Shown: positions 35,715 through 47,200 of the stretch, piece by piece | How the letters are laid out: each line of letters opens with the position of its first letter | How positions within the stretch are numbered: position 1 is the first letter of the stretch | From: Lingula anatina | Taxonomy: Eukaryota; Animalia; Brachiopoda | Assembly (NCBI GenBank): GCA_051362555.1 | Contig: CM120649.1 | Location: 17,808,567 to 17,872,566, forward strand | DNA: 64,000 nt | Direction: 5' to 3' | Notes under the pieces: model-generated | Told to the model about the DNA's origin: nothing | The model's input: the letters and a program-made list of their open reading frames with translations, nothing else | Databases searched by the model: none | Program-made: the position numbers and the translations under genes

Positions 35715-38700
35715 ATGGCTTCATCTAAAGACGATATGTTTGAGACTTTATATTGCCGAGAGTATGAAAACAAAATTCAAGATGGTGATGACGAAATTAT
35801 GACTTTTCCTTTAAGTGACGCAAATGAAAAATTGGATCACCAAGGTGATGCACATCAAACCTTCGATGGCGACCAAGAAAAACTTGACATCCTTATTAAA
35901 CTGGATGAAGATCCCTATTACCAAGGACCAGGCACGGACCAGGCAGAAACTTGGACAGACCTCAAACTTAGAGGGTTAAGACGCAGAATCCCTGAGAGCA
36001 TATCACGTTGTAAAAGCCTTAGGCTACTTGATATTTCCAATAACAGTCAATTGGACAAAGAGGAAATAGTGAAAGTCTGTGGGTTGGAGACCGTGAGAGA
36101 GTTAAACATGTCTAATTCCAGTATAACTACAATGCCGCCATACATAACCATACCCAAGCATTTGACGAAACTTAACTTGTCCCAAAACCAATTAACAGAA
36201 CTCCCGTTGCAGTTATTTAACCTCGTGAAACTGGAGGAGCTTGACCTAAAACACAACAACATAACATTCATTAGACCACAAGTAAAGCAATTTTGCAGCT
36301 TGAAGAAGTTAAACCTCTCCAACAACCCTTTAGGAGAATTCCCTCTCGAAGTGTGTAACATACAGATGCTGGAGTATATTTCCCTGGCGCAAACTGGCAT
36401 TAGAACAGTCCCACAAAATATAAAATTACTTGGAAACTTAAAAGGGTTATGCCTGTCGTCAAATTGTTTAAAAGAATTCCCATTGCCTCTATGTGAACTG
36501 GGGGAATTAGAGACCTTAGATATTTCAAGAAATGTCATCACTACAGTGCCACTTGAATTAAGGCAACATCAGCATTTGAACAAATTTGACCTGTCTCATA
36601 ACAAGTTGGAAGTACTTCCACTGCCAGTGTGTGAGTTGGTCACACTGGAGACACTTAACCTCAGTGGCAACAACATCACTACAGTGCCACCTCAGATATC
36701 ACGACTTAAGATTCTTAATGAATTTAACCTGTCTGAGAACAAGTTTGAAGAATTTCCGTTGCCAGTGTGTGAGTTGGTAAGACTGGAGAGACTTTTCCTT
36801 AAGGGCAACAACATCACTACAGTGCCACCTAAGATATCACAACTTAAGAATCTCAAGGAATTTGATCTGTCTGATACGAAGTTGGAAGAATTCCCGCTAC
36901 CAGTGTGTGAGTTGTTGAGATTGGAGACACTTATACTTTGGACAATCAAAATCACTACAGTGCCACTGCAGATTACACAACTTCAGAATCTGAAGGAATT
37001 TTACCTGTCTGGTAACACGTTGGAAGAATTCCCCCTACCAGTGTGTGAGTTGGTGAGATTGGTGACCCTTGTACTTTTGGCAAATGGAATCACTACAGTG
37101 CCCCCTAAGATTACACAACTTCAGAGTCTTAAGGAATTTTACCTGCCTAGTAACAAGTTGGAAGAATTTCCACTACCAGTGTGTGAGTTGGTGAGACTGG
37201 TGACACTTGACCTCAGTGACAACAACATCACTACAGTGCCACCTCAGATAACACAACTTAAGAATCTGAATTGGTTTGACCTGTCTGCTAACAAGTTGGA
37301 AGAACTCCCATTGCCAGTATGTGAGTTGGTAAGACTGGAGACACTTGTCCTTAAGGACAACAGCATCACAACAGTGCCACCTCAAATGACAGAACTTATA
37401 AATCTGAAAGTATTTGACCTGTCTAATAACAAGTTGGAAGAACTTCCGCTGTCAGTGTGCGAGTTGGTGACACTGGAGGCACTTGACCTCAGTGACAACA
37501 ACATCACTACAATGCCATCTCAGATATCACAACTTAAGAATCTGAAGGTATTTTACCTGTCTAATAACAAGTTGGAAGAACTTCCGCTGTCAGTGTGCGA
37601 GTTGGTGAGACTGGAAACACTTGTTCTTAAGGACAACCACATTTCTACAGTGCCACCTAAGATTACCCAACTTAAGGATCTGAAGAAATTTGATCTGTCT
37701 GATAACAAGTTGAAAGAACTCCCGCTGTCAGTTTGTGAGTTGGTGAGGCTGGAGACACTTATACTTGGGGGAAATCACATCACTACAGTGCCACCTCAGA
37801 TAACAAAACTTGAGGATCTGAAGGTATTTGTCCTGTTTAATAACATCTTGAAAGATCTTCCGTTGTCAGTGTGTGAATTAGTGAGACTGGAGATACTTAG
37901 ACTTTGGGGAAATCACATCACAACAGTGCCCCCTCAGATATCACAACTTAAGAATCTTCAGGTATTTGACCTGTCTAATAACATGTTGGAAGATCTCCCG
38001 CTGCCAGTTTGTGAGTTGGTGAAACTGGAGACACTTAACCTCAGAAGCAACAAGATCACTACAGTGCCCCCGCAGATTACACAACTAAAGAATCTAAAGA
38101 TCTTGGACCTACATGGTAACTGGTTAGATCTCCCGCTGCCAGTTTGTGAGTTGGTGACACTGGAGACACTTGTCCTCTGTGCCAATAAAATGACAACAGT
38201 GCGACCTGATATATCACAACTTAAGTATCTGAAGGAATTGAGACTGTCTAATAACAAGTTGGAAGATCTTCCATTGCCAATGTTTGAGTTGGTGAGACTG
38301 GAGACACTTGATCTCAGTGACAACAAAATCACTACAGTGCCATATCAGATAACACAACTTAAGAATCTGAAGGTATTACACCTTGTATGGAATAAATTAA
38401 TACAGCCACCACAGGAAGTAGCAGACAGAGGAAAAGAAGCCGTTTTTAGATATTTTAATGATCTTATCAGGACCAAAGCTACAACGTCATCAAGACTCCA
38501 GGTGCATATCCTTGGTGAAACATGCGTAGGGAAGACAAGTTTGGTGAAAACTCTGACATCAGGTACCCCTTTCTTAACATCTATGGCAGACAGAACACAT
38601 GTCATGGAGCAGATCGCGTGGTCGCCAAAGGAAGATGTTTTTCTCAACATAAAGGATTTTGGTGGTCATGAAGTCTACAGAGTTGCACATAACTTCTTCA

Positions 38701-41225
38701 TTTCAAAGGAAGCACTCACACTGATAGTGTTTGATCTCCAGGATGTACCTTTGAAATATAAAGCCACAGTCACAAGCTGGATAGATAACGTTTACAGCAG
38801 AGCACCAGATTCAACTATATTGCTTGTAGGTTCGCATGCAGACTGTCTGAGCAATGAGCAGGAGTTGGAAGCCAGAAAGAAAGAGGTTTTGTGTGATCTC
38901 GAATCTCACTTACGCGATAAGGCATCTAAATTAAGAACGAGTCTGGAAGAATTAGAGAAGAGGACTGAATTATTCAAAAACTCATATGCAGAGGCCTTCG
39001 ATGAAAAGATGATGCACATCAAGAGGCTAATAGAAAATCCACCACGTGTTGAGAAAAGTGTTTTTGTCACCAGTTCTAGAACTGGACATGGAGTGGCCAA
39101 GCTTAAGGAGGAGATAATCAGAAGAGCTAAAGTAAAGGAATTGACACTTCCTGAGGCATGGCTGCAGAAAGTGGAGCAAATAGAGAGAGCAAAACAGAAT
39201 GGGCAAGATCCTTTCCTAACTCTGGACACAATGACAAAGAAAACACCTACACAAATGCAGGGAGATGGCGATGCTCAACGTATCGAAGATGTATTGAATT
39301 TCTTACATGCTACAGGTGTTGTTCTTTGGTTCAGAGATAATCCGTTGTTGAAGACCTACGTATTCCACAGACAAGATGTTTTCATTGATATACTAAGAGC
39401 TGTCCTCTGCCACAATATTGATTCAATTCTTGTGTATGATACCGAACCTTTCAACAAGAAGTACAGCAAAAGGAAATTTGAATCAGCAAAGGAAGATGTA
39501 CTGCGAAGAGGTATCGTCAGCAAAACCATGTTGGAGTGTTTATGGTGGCGATTTAACTTTGGAAGACGCGACCTTGAAGCCATGTTAGAGTTGTTAGAGA
39601 ATTTTGAGATTTGCTACCTTGTAAAAGGTGCTGATGAAAACCAATACCATTTCCCATGGCTTCTGAATGAAGATAGACCCAAATGTATTTCCTCAAAATG
39701 GCCATCTGTTCCATCAAAAGAGAAGTTGCAAATTTCGACTGAGATCCATTTTCCAACTGCCTGTCCCCCTGGTCTCTATGAGATTGCAGCAGTGCATCTC
39801 CACGGTTGTTTAGGACATTACAAATCAACACGTCAAGACTGGAAAGATGGTTTTTATGCTGAACTCGACAGCCAGTTCCAAATGTGCTTTGAAAGAAGGC
39901 TCAGTGGAAGGTCACCCAATGGAGTTCTTCGACTTTTCATACGCGGTGAAGATCCCATTCAACTGAAGAAGCACATTCTGGTGATATTTCAGGATCTTGT
40001 AGACCTTGTAGAGAGAGAATGTCCTGGTTCTCCTCGCGATGAATTTGTGGTGTGTCCACACTGTGTACGAGAGGAGAAGAATCCACCAACCCTGTTTGAC
40101 TCCCCTAAGTTTTTACTTAGTGTTCCCCTTGAAGAACCAGCACCTTATCATCCATGTCCTGAGGAAGACCCTAACACTTTGGCCTCAGCAGACTACTTCT
40201 ATCCAGTTACGAAAGGTAAATACAATTATGCTATGATATCATATTCTCAAATTAGGTTGTGCATTGCACTATGGATTAATATATCTATTCATCAACTTGA
40301 GTGAATTATAATCTTTTGATATCAAAGATATTAGAGCAGGCATTCCCCACTTGTGATTATATTATTTAAGTTTTCCAAAGCAATGTTTGTGTATTGGTAA
40401 TCGGTCGTTTCTTTCGTTTAAATCTGAAGACAGCATTCATTTTTCTTTTCTTTTACAGGAAAAATGACAGCTGTGCACTGTACATCCCTTGACAAACACG
40501 CTAACCACACTGTGAAGATCATCCGTAGTACATTTAACGGTCTCTGCAAGATACTCAGTCGACTCGGTAAAACTGGCATATTAACTGAGGAAGAAAAGGC
40601 GGCAATTCTAGAGCCAGATGCAGATGATAGACTTTCAAGTTTCCTTAAAGGCAAGAATGATTCTGCCTTTTTCGTTTTTTGTGGTGCTCTTCACGACAGT
40701 GGACATGCGCAAACGGCTCGGATGTTGAGGTAGGTTTTTGAGAAGGCGTGCAGGTGCTGATTTCACAGTGGTACTTCGGCCCAAGCAAAAAATGGTCTCC
40801 TTTCCCCAAGTGTAAGTTAATATAACCACTGTTGTGATTCTGGCTCAACATATTGCATAATTACTGCCAAAATGCAACATAGATACTTTAAAGGCAGAAA
40901 AAAGAATTGTTCGATTCAAATTGACTCAACTTATTATCTTTAAACGTACCCTATTTTTTCTATAATTCACATCAGGTTACCTGACTTGGCTATGGAGCTA
41001 TCAGACGTCGCCCTCGGTGACGTATTGCAGAGATTGCTGGACCGAAGGGTGATATCAACGAAAGAAAATTACACCGTGCGACGTGAGCCAACCAAAGCAC
41101 TTAAAGTCATAGCCCTACTTAAGAAGTTAAGGGAGGGCAAGCGAGATGACGAGGCAGAGAGCGCCTTCATTGAATTCGGTAAAGCCCTAGATGAAGAAAT
41201 TGCCAAACGGAAAAACACTTATTAG
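35715..41225 (+). CDS. Roco-family protein (MFHAS1-like LRR-Roc-COR) with two C-terminal CARD/death-fold domains, about 1673 aa
   Basis: Exons 35715-40215, 40459-40729, 40976-41225 (GT-AG; phases 1 and 2 compatible). About 35 LRRs of 23 aa; Roc G1 GETCVGKTSL (near 38514), G2 DRT, G3 DFGGH, G4 GSHAD, G5 TSS; COR (LPEAW...FLHATGVVLWF...FPWLL...CPHC). Exons 2 and 3 each show the L...G(I/V).T.EE...I...L..K...AF..F..AL pattern of CARDs. No kinase domain. Confidence 0.9.
36618..38400 (+). repeat. Coding tandem array: 13 x 138-bp (46-aa, two-LRR) units
   Basis: PL(P/S)VCELV codons recur from 36618 to 38271 (1653 nt = 12x138 - 3; one unit has a one-codon deletion). Scaffold DNA is nearly identical between units. 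Confidence 0.95.
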
Positions 41226-43803
41226 GTATGCAATTTTTGAATATTAGATTTTGCAAAATTTTTCTAGTCATCGTAACAATATTATTATTGTTGTTGTTGT
41301 TGTTAAAATGCAGAAGCTTTATTGGCATCAATAACTTCATCAGAGTAGGTCAGCATATTACCACTACTGCTTGTACTTATGACACGTGAGCATATTAGCA
41401 TGTGCATTGATGTAATTTTGGTGACAAAATGGTGTTAAAAATTACAAAGAACATATTGTTGATGAATTGTTAAAAAGTAGAGCCCAGACTTAGTTTGTTA
41501 TACAATGGGTGTCAGATAATAATTAATACATTTAATTTATATATGATGTCACTGTCATATCATGCAGTCTACTAGGCCCTAGCACTACCATATTTTTGCT
41601 GATTTTATAGATGCACCACTTTCCTTCATCCGTCGTTATTGAGAACAGAAAGAAAGGGGAAAAGATCCGCCATTGCAGTCAACTGCCACGTTAACTTGGT
41701 GAAGTATATTACGTCACGAAGAGATTTCCGACCCGACTAAGAAAACTCAAACAGAAGAGCCCAAGAGCAATGACATCCATGTCTTTGGCAATGGTGAGTT
41801 GGAATTTCTCACAATATTTCGTGAAAGAGCAAACAGTGACTCTTTCAGTTATCACAGACGGCATTTTATGGATTTCCCCTAACATAGGAGCAAAGATGAA
41901 ATTCCTATGTCATTTAAAAGCGTGAAATTATCAGTAAAACAATTTAGTTCATGCACTCCCCTGCTACAGTCCATGAACTGCGCATGTTACATCTGTAATC
42001 TTTTGCATCCAACCAATCCAATATAGATTTAGACATTACTGAAATGTCGTCTTACAGTTTAAAAACTGATGCATATATATCAGACAGACTGAAACAATGT
42101 AAAATAACTTTATGATGCTGTTTACAGTTTGCAGTATTGAAGCTTTTATAAGTAGTTAGGTTGTTGCTTTATTTTTGTACAGGGATCATAACTTATAATT
42201 TTTTCACTCTTTAACATAGGCGAATACTGTACATAGTCTTATCTTAATTAAAAGGGTATTTCATGTGTAGATATTATGCCACAGATAGTTCTAAATTGTA
42301 AACATTGAGGCCAGTGTAAATATTTGGTATTATTACGTATTAACCATAGGTTACTATTCCGGAATTTACTAAATACATCATTTATAGATATTTTGCATTA
42401 TTAATTATTCATTAAACATATCACGTACCTCTGAGGTCATCAAAACAACTTTTGATATTTTTTTATTCAATTGAATTTTTTTACTTTCAGCTTGTATGAA
42501 TTTATTTTTATTGTAAAGGAAATATGTCTTTACCTTTGCTATATTAGAAAACAAATGTTGTTGACTGAAGTAACATAGTTTGAAGATGCATGAAGGCAGA
42601 TGGCCTTTAGTAGTATTTCTATATTTGTATATTTTTTATTTATTGAAATCAGATGGTAGAAATAACATATTTGCATTTTGAATTTTGGTGTAATATACGG
42701 TACTGCACACTTCTGCACACTCCCCAAAGCTGTCTACTGCACACTCTAGAGTGTGTTGCACATGTGCGGTACATTTGTAGCACATGTGCTGCACACTTCA
42801 TTTTTCTAAGGGATGTTATTTTATTTTATTGCTCTAAGATATGTGTACTGTATTATAGCAATACTGATTTCTGATTGGCAGATATGTAACCAACCATTTA
42901 AGGGACGAATTGAGAGCACAGAATGCTGTTTGAAATGAATTTTAATCATATTTTTGACACTTTTCAGTGAATGCCGACAAACATTTACACTATGTTCACT
43001 CAAAGTGCTTTGCCCAAAGGAATTTCCTGCGTTTTTTTTATCGATATTACATTATACATTTTGCAGTATTTTCAAATAAAAATGTTGAATATTTGGAAAA
43101 TTAGGATAGGTCATCAGTTACAAAACATGGTTTGTTTGACGAAAAGAAAAAACTATGTAATGCCTTAAATGTGTTCTATTTAAACTTTGTGGGTGGGTTG
43201 CTGCAGTGGCATCTGTAAAACTAAACTATTTGTGGTATTCTTCAGCAAGGAGGTGGCATTTTGTATAAATGCGAATTGAATATGCAGAGATGTATAAACA
43301 ACTGATCTGCCAGTTCATAAAAGCCATTTTAAAGTTCTTTATCATTAGACAGAAGTTAGTAACTAGAAAGTGTGTTTTAAAGTTGCAAAATGTTATTGTT
43401 ATACTCTATAGCTACTTTGGAACTTTATTTGTTTATTTTTACATTTTTATAATTTAGTTCCTATAATTTAAATTTTTTTCTTTACAATAGAAAGCAATAA
43501 CTCTAAATGTTTTTTCACAATTAGAATTATGTTTTTTTCGTAATTAGAATGATGTTTTATAATTTGAGTTGTTAAATTTAAGCAAAGGAAATGAAAATTA
43601 AATCCCTTCATAAATTTATAAAATATCTGAATGTAGTATTAGTTTAATTTGTGATGTTTTCGCCTAAACATATAGAGTTGAAAGAATAATACACTGAAAG
43701 TTAACTAAGGTGAAGAAAATGCTAGTGTTGAAGCTGTATCATGAAAAATAAGTGAATAAAAAGTAAAATAAACTTAACAATCTTTATTTTAAAACATTCA
43801 AAT

Positions 43804-43951
43804 CAGGGCCGTAGCCTGAACAAAATGCCAGGGGGGGCAGTAAGCGGATACGAGGGGGCGAAGCCCCCGAGGGGGGAGGGGGTGTCCCCCTACCACGGTG
43901 TGGAAAATTCTATTCCTTCCCCCCCCCCCTCCCCCGGAGGCTACGGCCCTA
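43804..43951. mobile_element. Short GC-rich MITE
   Basis: TIR cagggccgtagcc ... ggctacggcccta; caaat on both flanks. Confidence 0.75.
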
Positions 43952-44267
43952 CAAATTCAAATCAAAATTTAAACCAGGTACTATTTCGAATTGGCAGCCA
44001 TACTGGTTATACATGTATTCATACTGTCACTAACTGCAGGGTGTTCAAGTCTAATATACACTTTATTCCTATCCCACTTCAAGTTATCAGTGTGAAATAC
44101 TGTTTCGATATAAATGATGATTTTAATAATCTGTGGTTGGATGCATGTGAAAGTGTCCATTCGTTGATCAGTTAAAAACCACTCATAATCAGTTTATTAC
44201 TCAGAGTCCACAACTAGTTATCTACCTGACCTTTAAAATGCATCCCATGGCTCACAATGTTTCTTCT

Positions 44268-47200
44268 TTAAGAAATCTTTTTAGGGACTTTGATAGTTAC
44301 CTGAAAAAAGAGAGAGAAAAATTTCATATTCAAATCTTAATGAAAAGGAATTGATGTAAAATATAATATAACAAAAATCAATAAAACTAATAAATGATAA
44401 TTATTTTCTGCAATGCAAGTTTATCACAGTTAATAATTATCATGGTTACAGATACACTGTATAAATTAGCACTGTAAATCTGCTCTTCTTCCACTACACG
44501 AGATTAAACCATGGCTGTTCCACATTAAAGAATTAATTGGATTTAGTTTCATATTAATATTTATAAAATGATGTATTTATTCTAACATTCATCAACATTC
44601 ACCATGAAATTTATAAGAATTTAATAAAGGTCTACAAATATTCAGAATCTTCAATTCGATTCATTAAATCTTTAAACCTTGCATCTCATCCAAATACTAT
44701 ACATAACAGAATGTGACACAAAATTATAAAGACTTATAATGTCTTACAGTTTTTACTTCATAGTATTCTTTTAAGCCATTATAACAAAATGTGACACAAA
44801 ATTATAAAGACTTATAATGCCTTACAGTTTTTACTTCATAGTATTCTTTTAAGCCATCCTCTCCCCTGAAAAAAAAGGGGGTAAATTTAAATTTTAAACA
44901 AACATTTCTAAGAAGGACAAACTTAAGGCAATCCTACAAACATGAATCTGACCTCAATTTTTGGTCCAAAAATAGCTTATAAAAATAAGAAAATTAAAAA
45001 AGAAGGTCAGCCATAGATGGATAACGATATACCAGGCTGAACCCAAGGTAATGACTACACAAACCCTGATGGCACAATAAATAATTTACTAAAAACAGTA
45101 AGACTGGGTTCCCATAAAGCTATTACACTTGCAGATTGATCTAACTCCAAAGGGATTCTTGCTAAATTGTATTCTTAGTAAATGGCTTAAATGTCTGTTA
45201 CACCCACTGAAGCTGTTTGAGGGTAATTAACTTTTGTGCACACTTAAACTGAATGCAATTTAGCGAGAATCCCCTCGGAGATAGGTCGATCCTGCTAGTA
45301 TGATAGGATTATGGGAATGTTGCCTAAAGCACTCAGTAAGTGAAGACCTCCGCCAAGGCAGCTCAATTTTCATCATTATCAATCAGTGCCTCTCGCTAAC
45401 TACGTAATTACTCACAGTTCCCTTCCATGACCAGACTGTTTAAATCCACCAAATGGGGTCTGGGATGATGTGCAGTCATAGCAGTTAACCCTGAAGTGAG
45501 TAAATGAAGAGTTATGTGCAGAATGCATGAAAATAACAGGGGCTATGTTCTCTTAACTTAATAAACAACTGTTTGGCATTATTAATTAAGGTGAAAATAA
45601 AATGTTACCAAAATTTTTCAGAAAGTGTGAACTCTGATCCTTGTTAAAATGTTATGTACTGTATTGTGAGCAGGGAAACCTACACACAATTATATAAGTA
45701 GAAAATAAGAATTGTTGCTACTATTTAAATAACTGATTTTGAGGGTAGCAAAACCATCATCGTGCATCTGCATGTACTGACAGACAGTTGTACAAACAGT
45801 GACACACAAACACATACACACAGTCTCACACAGACACAAATGCATGCGCATGGATGCACAAACATACACTCACATACAGTCCCACACTCACCACATTGAC
45901 CCAGCCTGCAAGCTCTGAGCCACAGTAAATGCCTTGTTGATGTCTCTGGTGTGGACTCCAGCTGCCAGACCATATTTACTGCTGTTTGCTTTCTCTATGA
46001 CCTCCTCAAGAGTTTTGAATTTGAGGATGGTTTGAACTGGTCCAAAGATCTGCAAATCAAATTACAAAAATAGAAAGAGAGACAGCGAGAAAAATTATCA
46101 CCCTGAGCTCAGAGCTAACTTGACACTAACCTTTTCACTGTAGCCTATTCTCCATCGTGTCAACTAACCTCTGACCACATTCGATTGCCCCCGCCGCCCG
46201 CCAATCAAATTTAAAGCCCGCACTCAATGACTCATTGAACGATCTAGCCAATGAACGCGAACGAGTCAAAGCGCGCTTTGTTCAAATCCGGACCAATCAA
46301 AGATAAGGCTGAATATCAGGGACTTGCCGTAACCTGTGGGCAGCCAGAAAATACATCATCCCTCAGTAGATAATGATGCAGGGCATCAAACTGCTCTGGT
46401 TTCAATTCCGATATACTCCATGCTTTCTTTGTGTACGGTTATGCACTCGGAACTACTCGGATGTCTCCGCACTCGACAATAACTATGTTGTTAGTATGGA
46501 GCTTGCGGAATCAGCCGAGGATTGCCGATTGACGATCAACCAATCAGCGTTTTCACCAAACTTTGGTGAAAAATTTTGAAACATGGATTCGATTGGCTTA
46601 TATAAACTAGGTCAAACTATTTTCGTCAGAGGTTACTTGACACGATGGAGATAGGCTACAGTGAAAAGGTTAGTGTCAAGTTAGCTCTGAAGCTCAGGGT
46701 GAAAATTATGTACATGATAGCAGATTTATTACTGTTGACAGACAGAAAGTTAGATGGACAACCAGGTATTCCAAACAAACACAGAACAACATTGAATTTT
46801 ATTTCAAATTTCAGGCTAAGGGTATACTTAACTTTTGCCTGAAATTTTGAAAAATAACCAATAATACAACTACAGCATGTCACTATTATTATTATATATG
46901 ATGCACAACTTAGACTTATTGAAATACTTTTTGTCAAAGTTTCAATTCAAATGAGACGAGTTCAATCAAGGACAGCCTTCACATAAATGACATAATTAAG
47001 TTAATCACAATTTTGATAAAGAAATTGCATTTTTTCAAATTGACATGTGAACCAATTAAGGACACCAATTATGATCATAACTAGAGGATCAGAGAGGCGA
47101 TACCGCCTCCGAATATTGTACCACCAGCTGGAGCAAGCGCATTCGTATAGACCCCCACATACACAAAATAAGGGACACAGCCACCAGTCTTATGCTTTAT

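Noticed and set aside
14813-38400. Reverse transcriptase plus hypervariable repeats as a diversity-generating retroelement
   Set aside because: The RT belongs to an ordinary Gypsy element with LTRs and TSD. I saw no template/variable repeat pair, no adenine-specific variation, and no orphan LRR cassettes in the window.
36047-39831. Several minus-strand ORFs
   Set aside because: Antisense shadows of the Roco coding exon.
40216-40304. C-terminus of the 1529-aa ORF (KYNYAMISYSQ...HQLE)
   Set aside because: Intron read-through: an AAG|gtaaat donor at 40216 splices in frame to 40459.
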